NCBI GenBank assembly: GCA_964016885.1
Contig: OZ024744.1
Span: 30,690,001-30,754,000 of the forward strand
Direction: 5' to 3'
DNA: 64,000 bases
From: Eledone cirrhosa
Lineage: Eukaryota
The notes beneath the pieces are model-generated. The model made no database searches and was not told where the DNA came from. It was given only the letters and a program-made list of their open reading frames with translations. Position 1 is the first letter of the stretch. Each line of letters starts with the position of its first letter. Made by a program: the position numbers and the translations under genes. Below, piece by piece: positions 1 through 12,000 of this stretch.

Positions 1-3000
1 CTGATGATTTCTAAAGAATGAAACAGTCCTAGTCGTGTAGAATCTCATCTATATTAAACATTTGTGATACCCAGATTCCTGATGATTTCTAAAGAATGAA
101 ACAGTTCTCGTTCTGTAGAATCTCATCTATATTAACATTTTTTGATACCCAGATTCCTGATGATTTCTAAAGAATGAAACAGTTCTAGTCCTGTAGAATC
201 TCATATATATTAACATTTTTTGACACCCAGATTCCTGATGATTTCTAAAGAATGAAATAGTCCTAGTAGTGTAGAATCTCATCTATATTAAACATTTGTG
301 ATACCCAGATTCCTGATGATTTCTAAAGAATGAAACAGTTCTGGTCCTGTAGAATCTCATCTATATTAAAAAATGTTGATACACAGATTCCTGATGTTTA
401 CTAAAGAATGAAACAGTTCTAGTCCTGCAGAATATCATCTATATTAACATTTTTTGATACCCAGATTCCTGATGATTTCTAATGAATGAAACAGTTCTAG
501 TCCTGTAGAATCTCATCTATATTAACATTTTTTGACACCCAGATTCCTGATGATTTCTAAAGAATGAAACAGTTCTAGTCCTGTAGAATCTCATCTATAT
601 TAAAACTTTTGATACCCACATTCCTGATGATTTCTAAAGTATGAAACAGTTGTAGTTCAGTAGAATCTCATGTATGTTAACATTTTTTGATACCCAGATT
701 CCTGATGATTTCTAAAGAATGAAACAGTTCTAGTCCTGTAGAATCTCATCTATACTAACATTTTTTGATACCCAGATTCCTGGTGATTTCTAAAGAATGA
801 AACAGTTCTCGTCCTGTAGAATCTCATCTATATTAAAAAATGTTGATACACAGATTCCTGATGTTTTCTAAAGAATGAAACAGTTCTAGTCCTGTAGAAT
901 ATCATCTATATTAAAATTTTTTGATACCCAGATTCCTGATGATTTCTAATGAATGAAACAGTTCTAGTCCTGTAGAATCTCATCTATATTAACATTTTTT
1001 GACACCCAGATTCCTGATGATTTCTAAAGAATGAAACAGTTCTAGTTCTGTAGAATCTCATCTATATTAAAACTTTTGATACCCAGATTCCTGATGATTT
1101 CTAAAGAATGAAACAGTTCTAGTCCTGTAGAATCTCTTCTATATTAAAAATTTTGATACCCACATTCCTGATGATTTCTAAAGAATGAAACAGTTGTAGT
1201 TCAGTAGAATCTCATCTATATTAAAAATTTTTGATACCCAGATTCCTGATGATTTCTAAAGAATGAAACACCTCTAGTCCTGTAGGACCTCATCTATATT
1301 AAACATTTTTGATACCCAGATTCCTGATGATTTCTAAAGAATGAAACAGTTCTAGTCCTTTAGAATCTCATCCATATTAAAATTTTTTGATACCCAGATT
1401 CCTGATGATTTCTAAAGAATGAAACAGTTCTAGTTCTGTAGAATCTCATCTATATTAAAAAATTTTGATACCCAGATTCCTGATGTTTTCTAAAGAATGA
1501 AACAGTTCTAGTCCTGTAGAATATCATCTATACTAAAATGTTTTGATACCCAGTTTCCTGATGATTTCTAATGAATGAAACATTTCTAGTCCTGTAGAAT
1601 CTCATCTATATTAACATTTTTTGACACCCAGATTCCTGATGATTTCTAAAGAATGAAACAGTTCTAGTCCTGTAGAATCTCATCTATATTAACATTTTTT
1701 GACACCCAGATTCCTGATGATTTCTAAAGAATGAAACAGTTGTAGTTCAGTAGAATCTCATCTATATTAACACTTTTTGATACCCAGATTCCTGATGATT
1801 TCTAAAGAATGAAACAGTTCTAGTCCTGTAGAATCTAATCTATATTAACATTTTTTGATACCCAGATTCCTGATCATTTCCAAAGAATGAAACAGTTCTA
1901 GTCCTGTAGAATGTCATCTATATTAAAATTTGTTGATACCCAGATTCCTGATGATTTCTAAAGAATGAAACAGTTCTAGTCCTGTAGAATCTCATGTATA
2001 TTAACATTTTTTGATACCCATATTCCTGATGATTTCTAAAGAATGAAACAGTTCTAGTCCTGTAGAATCTCATCTATACTAACATTTTTTGATACCCAGA
2101 TTCCTGGTGATTTCTAAAGAATGAAACAGTTCTCGTCCTGTAGAATCTCATCTATATTAAAAAATGTTGATACACAGATTCCTGATGTTTTCTAAAGAAT
2201 GAAACAGTTCTAGTCCTGTAGAATATCATCTATATTAAAATTTTTTGATACCCAGATTCCTGATGATTTCTAATGAATGAAACAGTTCTAGTCCTGTAGA
2301 ATCTCATTTATATTAACATTTTTTGACACCCAGATTCCTGATGATTTCTAAAGAATGAAACAGTTCTAGTCCTGTAGAATCTCATCTATATTAAAAATTT
2401 TGATACCCACATTCCTGATGATTTCTAAAGAATGAAACAGTTGTAGTTCAGTAGAATCTCATCTATATTAAACATTTTTGATACCCAGATTCCTGATGAT
2501 TTCTAAAGAATGAAACACCTCTAGTCCTGTAGAACCTCATCTATATTAAACATTTTTGATACCCAGATTCCTGCTGATTTCTAAAGAATGAAACAGTTCT
2601 AGTTCTTTAGAATCTCATCCATATTAAAATTTTTTGATACCCAGATTCCTGATGATTTCTAAAGAATGAAACAGTTCTAGTCCTGAAGAATCTCATCTAT
2701 ATTAACATTTTTTGATACCCAGATTCCTGATGATTTCTAAAGAATGAAAGAGTTCTAGTCCTGTAGAATCTCATGTATATTAAAATTTTTTAATACCCAG
2801 ATTCCTGATGATTTCTAAAGAATGAAACAGTTCTAGTCCTCTAGAATCTCATCTATACTAAAATTTTTTGATACCCAGATTGCTGGTGATTTCTAAAGAA
2901 TGAAACAGTTCTAGTCCTGTAGAATCTCATCTATATTAAAAAAATTTGATACACAGATTCCTGATGATTTCTAAAGAATGAAACAGTGCTAGTCCTGTAG

Positions 3001-6000
3001 AATTTCATCTATATTAACATTTTTTGATACCCAGATTCCTGATGATTTCTAGAGAATGAAACAGTTCTAGTCCTGTAGAATCTCATCTATATTAACATTT
3101 TTTGATACCCAGATGTCTGATGATTTCTAACGAATGAAACAGTTCTAGTCCTCTAGAATCTCATCTATACTAAAATTTTTTGATACCCAGATTGCTGGTG
3201 ATTTCTAAAGAATGAAACAGTTCTAGTCCTGTAGAATCTCATCTATATTAAAAAATGTTGATACACAGATTCCTGATAATTTCTAAAGAATGAAACAGTG
3301 CTAGTCCTGTAGAATCTCATCTATATTAACATTTTCTGATACCCAGATGTCTGATGAATTCTAAAGAATGAAACAGTTCTAGTCCTGTAGAATCTCATCT
3401 ATATTAACATTTTTGATACCCAGATTCCTGATGATTTCTAAAGAATGAAACAGTTCTAGTCCTGTAGTATCTCATCTATATTAACATTTTTTGACACCCA
3501 GATTCCTGATGATTTCTAAAGAATGAAACAGTTCTAGTCCTGTAGAATCTCATCTATATTAAAATTTTTGGATAACCAGATTCCTGATGATTTCTAAAGA
3601 ATGAAACAGTTCTAGTCCTTTAGAATCTCATCCATATTAAAATTTTTTGATACCCAGATTCCTGATGATTTCTAAAGAATGAAACAGTTCTAGTCCTGTA
3701 GAATCTCATCTATATTAAAATTTTTTGATACCCAGATTCCTGATGATTTCTAAAGAATGAAACAGTTCTCGTTCTGTAGAACCTCATCTATATTAAAATT
3801 TTTTGATACCCAGATTCCTGATGATTTCTAAAGAATGAAACAGTTCTAGTCCTGTAGAATCTCATATATATTAACATTTTTTGACACCCAGATTCCTGAT
3901 GATTTCTAAAGAATGAAACAGTTCTAGTCGTGTAGAATCTCATCTATATTAAACATTTGTGATACGCAGATTCCTGATGATTTCTAAAGAATGAAACAGT
4001 CCTAGTCGTGTAGAATCTCATCTATATTAAACATTTGTGATACCCAGATTCCTGATGATTTCTAAAGAATGAAACAGTTCTCGTCCTGTAGAATCTCATC
4101 TATATTAAAAAATGTTGATACACAGATTCCTGATGTTTACTAAAGAATGAAACATTTCTAGTCCTGCAGAATATCATCTATATTAACATTTTTTGATACC
4201 CAGATTCCTGATGATTTCTAATGAATGAAACAGTTCTAGTCCTGTAGAATCTCATCTATATTAACATTTTTTGACACCCAGATTCCTGATGATTTCTAAA
4301 AAATGAAACAGTTCTAGTCCTGTAGAATCTCATCTATATTAAAACTTTTGATACCCACATTCCTGATGATTTCTAAAGTATGAAACAGTTGTAGTTCAGT
4401 AGAATCTCATCTATATTAAAAATTTTTGATACCCAGATTCCTGATGATTTCTAAAGAATGAAACACCTCTAGTCCTGTAGAACCTCATCTATATTAAACA
4501 TTTTTGATACCCAGATTCCTGATGATTTCTAAAGAATGAAACAGTTCTAGTCCTTTAGAATCTCATCCATATTAAAATTTTTTGATACCCAGATTCCTGA
4601 TGATTTCTAAAGAATGAAACAGTTCTAGTCCTGTAGAATCTCATCTATATTAACATTTTTTGATACCCAGATGTCTGATGAATTCTAAAGAATGAAACAG
4701 TTCTAGTCCTGTAGAATCTCATCTATATTAACATTTTTGATACCCAGATTCCTGATGATTTCTAAAGAATGAAACAGTTCTAGTCCTGTAGTATCTCATC
4801 TATATTAACATTTTTTGACACCAAGATTCCTGATGATTTCTAAAGAATGAAACAGTTCTAGTCCTGTAGAATCTCATCTATATTAAATTTTTTTGATACC
4901 CAGATTCCTGATGATTTCTAAAGAATGAAACAGTTCTAGTCCTGTAGAATCTCATCTATATTAAAATTTTTTTGATACCCAGATTCCTGATGATTTCTAA
5001 AGAATGAAACAGTTCTAGTCCTGTAGAATCTCATCTATATTAACATTTTTTGATACCCAGATTCCTGATGATTTCTAAAGAATGAAACAGTTCTAGTCCT
5101 TTAGAATCTCAAGCATATTAAAATTTTTTGATGCCCAGATTCCTGATAATTTCTAAAGAATGAAACAGTTCTAGTCCTGTAGAATCTCATCTATATTAAC
5201 ATTTTTTGATACCCAGATTCCTGATGATTTCTAAAGAACGAAACAGTTCTAGTCCTGTAGAATCTTATCTTTATAAACATTTTTTGATACCCAGATTCCT
5301 GATGATTTCTAAAGATTGAAATATTTCTAGTCCTGTAGAATCTAATCTATATTAACATTTTTTGATACACAGATTCCTGATGATTTCTAAAGAATGAAAC
5401 AGTTCTAGTCCTGTAGAATCTCATCTATATTAACATTTTTTGATACCCAGATTCCTGATGATTTCTAAAGAATGAAACAGTTCTAGTCCTGTAGAATCTC
5501 ATCTATATTAACATTTTTTGATACCCAGATTCCTGATGATTTCTAAAGAATGAAACAGTTCTAGTCCTTTAGAATCTCAAGCATATTAAAAATTTTTGAT
5601 ACCCAGATTCCTGATAATTTCTAACGAATGAAACAGTTCTACTCCTGTAGAATCTCATCTATATTAAAAAATTTTGATACCCAGATTCCTGATGATTTCT
5701 AAAGATTGAAATATTTCTAGTCCTGTAGAATCTCATCTATATTAACATTTTTTGATACACAGATTCCTGATGATTTCTAAAGAATGAAACAGTTCTAGTC
5801 CTGTAGAATCTCATCTATATTAACATTTTTTGATACCCAGATTCCTGATGATTTCTAAAGATTGAAACAGTTCTAGTCCTGTAGAATCTCATCTATATTA
5901 ACATTTTTTGATACCCAGATGTCTGATGAATTCTAAAGAATGAAACAGTTCTAGTCCTGTAGAATCTCATCTATATTAACATTTTTGAGACCCAGATTCC

Positions 6001-9000
6001 TGATGATTTCTAAAGAATGAAACAGTTCTAGTCCTCTAGAATCTCATCTATATTAACATTTTTTGACACCCAGATTCCTGATGATTTCTAAAGAATGAAA
6101 CAGTTCTAGTCCTGTAGAACCTCATCTATATTAAACATTTTTGATACCCAGATTCCTGATGATTTCTAAAGAATGAAACAGTCCTAGTCCTCTAGAATCT
6201 TATCTATATTAACATTTTTTGACACCCAGATTCCTGATGATTTCTAAAGAATGAAACAGTTCTAGTCCTGTAGAACCTCATCTATATTAAACATTTTTGA
6301 TACCCAGATTCCTGATGATTTCTAAAGAATGAAACAGTTCTAGTCCTGTAGAATCTCATCTATAATAAAATATGTTGATACCCAAATTCCTGATGATTTC
6401 TAAAGAATGAAACAGTTCTAGTCCTGTAGAATCTCATCTATATTAAAATTTTTTGATACCCAGATTCCTGATGATTTCTAAAGAATGAAACAGTTCTAGT
6501 CCTGTAGAATCTCATCTATATTAAAATATGTTGATACCCAAATTCCTGATGATTTCTAAAGAATGAAACAGTTCTAGTCCTGTAGAATCTCATCTATATT
6601 AAAATTTTTTTGATACCCAGATTCCTGATGATTTCTAAAGAATGAAACAGTTCTAGTCCTCTAGAATCTCATCTATACTAAAATTTTTTGATACCCAGAT
6701 TCCTGGTGATTTCTAAAGAATGAAACAGTTCTAGTCCTGTAGAATCTCATCTATATTAACATTTTTTGATACCCAGATTCCTGATGATTTCTAAAGAATG
6801 AAACAGTTCTAGTCCTTTAGAATCTCATCCATATTAAAATTTTTTGATACCCAGATTCCTGATGATTTCTAAAGAATGAAACACCTCTAGTCCTGTAGGA
6901 CCTCATCTATATTAAACATTTTTGATACCCAGATTCCTGATGATTTCTAAAGAATGAAACAGTTCTAGTCCTTTAGAATCTCATCCATATTAAAATTTTT
7001 TGATACCCAGATTCCTGATGATTTCTAAAGAATGAAACAGTTCTAGTTCTGTAGAATCTCATCTATATTAAAAAATTTTGATACCCAGATTCCTGATGTT
7101 TTCTAAAGAATGAAACAGTTCTAGTCCTGTAGAATATCATCTATACTAAAATGTTTTGATACCCAGTTTCCTGATGATTTCTAATGAATGAAACATTTCT
7201 AGTCCTGTAGAATCTCATCTATATTAACATTTTTTGACACCCAGATTCCTGATGATTTCTAAAGAATGAAACAGTTCTAGTCCTGTAGAATCTCATCTAT
7301 ATTAACATTTTTTGACACCCAGATTCCTGATGATTTCTAAAGAATGAAACAGTTGTAGTTCAGTAGAATCTCATCTATATTAACACTTTTTGATACCCAG
7401 ATGTCTGATGAATTCTAAAGAATGAAACAGTTCTAGTCCTGTAGAATCTCATCTATATTAACATTTTTGAGACCCAGATTCCTGATGATTTCTAAAGAAT
7501 GAAAGAGTTCTAGTCCTCTAGAATCTCATCTATATTAACATTTTTTGACACCCAGATTCCTGATGATTTCTAAAGAATGAAACAGTTCTAGTCCTGTAGA
7601 ACCTCATCTATATTAAACATTTTTGATACCCAGATTCCTGATGATTTCTAAAGAATGAAACAGTTCTAGTCCTTTAGAATCTCATCCATATTAAAATTTT
7701 TTGATACCCAGATTCCTGATGATTTCTAAAGAATGAAACAGTTCTAGTCCTGTAGAATCTCATCTATATTAAAAATTTTTGATACCCAGATTCCTGATGA
7801 TTTCTAAAGAATGAAAGAGTTCTAGTCCTGTAGAATCTCATGTATATTAAAATTTTTTGATACCCAGATTCCTGATGATTTCTAAAGAATGAAACAGTTC
7901 TAGTCCTCTAGAATCTCATCTATACTAAAATTTTTTGATACCCAGATTCCTGGTGATTTCTAAAGAATGAAACAGTTCTAGTCCTGTAGAATCTCCTCTA
8001 TATTAACATTTTTTGATACCCAGATTCCTGATGATTTCTAAAGAATGAAACAGTTCTAGTCCTTTAGAATCTCATCCATATTAAAATTTTTTGATACCCA
8101 GATTCCTGATGATTTCTAAAGAATGAAACAGTTCTAGTCCTGTAGAATCTCATCTATATTAAAATTTGTTGATACCCAGATTCCTGATGATTTCTAAAGA
8201 ATGAAACAGTTCTAGTCCTGTAGAATCTCATCTATATTAAAATTTTTTTGATACCCAGATTCCTGATGATTTCCAAAGAATGAAACAGTTCTAGTCCTGT
8301 AGAATCTCATCTATATTAAAATTGTTGGATACCCAGATTCCTGATGATTTCTAAAGAATGAAACAGTTCTAGTCCTTTAGAATCTCATCCATATTAAAAT
8401 TTTTTGATACCCAGATTCCTGATGATTTCTAAAGAATGAAACAGTTCTAGTCCTGTAGAACCTCATCTATATTAACATTTTTTTATACCCAGATTCCTGA
8501 TGATTTCTAAAGAATGAAACAGTTCTAGTCCTGTAGAATCTCATATATATTAACATTTTTTGACACCCAGATTCCTGATGATTTCTAAAGAATGAAACAG
8601 TCCTAGTCGTGTAGAATCTCATCTATATTAAACATTTGTGATACCCAGATTCCTGATGAGTTCTAAAGAATGAAACAGTTCTCGTTCTGTAGAATCTCAT
8701 CTATATTAAAAACTTTGATACCCAGATTGATGATGATTTCTAAAGAATGAAACAGTTCTAGTCCTGTAGAATCTCATCTATATTAAAATTTTTTGACACC
8801 CAGATTCCTGATGATTTCTAAAGAATGAAACAGTTGTAGTTCAGTAGAATCTCATCTGTATTAACACTTTCGATACCCAGATTCTTGATGATTTCTAAAG
8901 AATGAAAGAGTTCTAGTCCTGTAGAATCTAATCTATATTAACATTTTTTGATACCCAGATTCCTGATGATTTCCAAAGAATGAAGCAGTTCTAGTCCTGT

Positions 9001-9009
9001 AGAATCTCA

Positions 9010-12000
9010 TGCATATTAAAATTTTTTGATGCCCAGATTCTGGATAATTTCTAAAGAATGAAACAGTTGTAGTCCTGTAGAATCTCATCTATAGTAAAAA
9101 TTTTTGATAACCAGATTCCTGATAATTTCTAAAGAATGAAACAGTTCTAGTCCTGTAGAATCTCATCTATATTAACATTTTTTGATACCCAGATTCCTGA
9201 TGATTTCTAAAGAATGAAATAGTTCTAGTCCTGTAGAATCTCATCTATATTAACATTTTTTGATACCCAGAAGTCTGATGAATTCTAAAGAATGAAACAG
9301 TTCTAGTCCTGTAGAATCTCATCTATATTAACATTTTTTAACACCCAGATTCCTGATGATTTCTAAAGAATGAAACAGTTCTAGTCCTGTAGAATCTCAT
9401 CTATATTAACATTTTTTGATACCCAGATTCCTGATGATTTGTAAAGAATGAAACAGTTCTAGTCCTTTAGAATCTCATCTATATTAACATTTTTTGATAC
9501 CCAGATTCCTGATGATTTCTAAAGAATGAAACAGTCCTAGTCGTGTAGAATCTCATCTACATTAAAAAATGTTGATACCCAGATTCCTTATGATTTGTAA
9601 AGAATGAAACAGTTCTAGTCCTTTAGAATCTCATCCATATTAAAATATTTTGATACCCAGATTCCTGATGATTTCTAAAGAATGAAACAGTTCTAGTCCT
9701 GTAGAATCTAATGTATATTAATATTTTTTGAGAGCTAGATTTCTGATGATTTCTAAAGAATGAAACAGTTCTAGTCCTGTAGAATCTCATCTATACTAAA
9801 AAATTTTGATACCCAGATTCCTGGTGATTTCTAAAGAATGAAACAGTTCTAGTCCTCTAGAATCTCATCTATATTAACATTTTTTGATACCCAGATTCCT
9901 GATGATTTCTAAAGAATGAAACACTTCTAGTCCTGTAGAATCTCATCTATATTAAAATTTTTGGATAACCAGATTCCTGATGATTTCTAAAGAATGAAAC
10001 AGTTCTAGTCCTTTAGAATCTCATCCATATTAAACTTTTTTGATACCCAGATTCCTGATGATGTCTAAAGAATGAAACAGTTCTCGTCCTGTAGAATCTC
10101 ATCTATATTAAACATTTGTGATACCCAGATTCCTGATGAATTCTGAAGAATGAAACAGTTCTCGTTCTGTAGAATCTCATCTATATTAAAAAATTTTGAT
10201 ACCCAGATACCTGATGTTTTCTAAAGAATGAAACACTTCTAGTCCTGTAGAATATCATCTATACTAAAATGTTTTGATACCCAGTTTCCTGATGATTTCT
10301 AATGAATGAAACATTTCTAGTCCTGTAGAATCTCATCTATATTAACATTTTTTGATACCCAGGTTTCTGATAATTTCTAAGGAATGAAACAGTTCTAGTC
10401 CTGTAGAATCTCATCTATATTAAAAATTTTTGATACCCAGATTCCTGCTGATTTCTAAGAATGAAATAGTTCTAGTCCTGTAGAATCTCATCTATATTAA
10501 CATATTTTGATTCCCAGATTCCTGATGATTTCTAAAGAATGAATCAGTTCTAGTCCTGTCGAATCTCATCTATATTAACATTTTTTGATAGCCAGATTCC
10601 TGATGATTTCTAAAGAATGAAACAGTTCTAGTCCTGTAGAATCTCATCAATATTAACATTTTTTAACACCCAGATTCCTGATGATTTCTAAAGAATGAAA
10701 CAGTTCTAGTCCTGTAGAATCTCATCTATATTAACATTTTTTGATACCCAGATTCCTGATGATTTCTAAAGAATGAAACAGTTCTAGTCCTGTAGAATCT
10801 CATCTATATTAAAATTTGTTGATACCCAGATTCCTGATGATTTCTAAAGAATGAAACAGTTCTAGTTCTGTAGAATCTCATCTATACTAAAAATTTTTGA
10901 TACCCAGATTCCTGGTGATTTCTAAAGAATGAAACAGTTCTAGTCCTCTAGAATCTCATCTATATTAACATTTTTTGACACCCAGATTCCTGATGATTTC
11001 TAAAGAATGAAACAGTTCTAGTCCTGTAGAATCTCATCTATATTAAAATTGTTGGATACCCAGATTCCTGATGATTTCTAAAGAATGAAACAGTTCTAGT
11101 CCTTTAGAATCTCATCCATATTAAAATTTTTTGATACCCAGATTCCTGATGATTTCTAAAGAATGAAACAGTTCTAGTCCTGTAGAACCTCATCTATATT
11201 AACATTTTTTTTATACCCAGATTCCTGATGATTTCTAAAGAATGAAACAGTTCTAGTCCTGTAGAATCTCATATATATTAACATTTTTTGACACCCAGAT
11301 TCCTGATGATTTCTAAAGAATGAAACAGTCCTAGTCGTGTAGAATCTCATCTATATTAAACATTTGTGATACCCAGATTCCTGATGAGTTCTAAAGAATG
11401 AAACAGTTCTCGTTCTGTAGAATCTCATCTATATTAAAAACTTTGATACCCAGATTGATGATGATTTCTAAAGAATGAAACAGTTCTAGTCCTGTAGAAT
11501 CTCATCTATATTAAAATTTTTTGACACCCAGATTCCTGATGATTTCTAAAGAATGAAACAGTTGTAGTTCAGTAGAATCTCATCTGTATTAACACTTTTG
11601 ATACCCAGATTCTTGATGATTTCTAAAGAATGAAAGAGTTCTAGTCCTGTAGAATCTAATCTATATTAACATTTTTTGATACCCAGATTCCTGATGATTT
11701 CCAAAGAATGAAGCAGTTCTAGTCCTGTAGAATCTCATCTATATTAAAATTTGTTGATACCCAGATTCCTGATGATTTCTAAAGAATGAAACAGTTCTAG
11801 TCCTGTAGAATCTCATCTATATTAAAAATGTTTGATACCCAGATTGCTGATGATTTCTAAAGAATGAAACAGTTCTAGTCCTGTAGAATCTCATCTATAT
11901 TAAAATTTGTTGATACCCATATTCCTGATGATTTCTAAAGAATGAAACAGTTCTAGTCCTGTAGAATCTCATCTTCATTAAAATTTTTGATACCCAGATT

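Noticed and set aside
9-45. Heat-shock element or promoter (TATA-like CTATATTAA/CTATATAAA)
   Set aside because: The GAA/TTC words are 4 bp apart rather than the 2 bp an HSE requires. TATA-like words are expected in AT-rich repeats, and there is no downstream gene.
1-78. CENP-B box, telomeric repeat or human satellite II/III (GGAAT)n relationship
   Set aside because: The consensus has no CpG, whereas the CENP-B box needs TTCG and CGGG. There are no TTAGGG/TTTAGGG/TTAGG runs, and GAATG occurs only once per monomer.
1-78. Monomer built from 39-bp or ~19.5-bp subrepeats
   Set aside because: TCTA recurs at about 10, 28 and 48 of the consensus and AGAAT at 15 and 39, but the halves do not align beyond 4-5 bp words, which is expected by chance at 69% AT.
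1-156. True 156-bp dimeric monomer
   Set aside because: There is no consistent alternation of variants between odd and even monomers, and many duplication offsets are odd numbers of monomers (17, 19, 27, 35, 39, 59).
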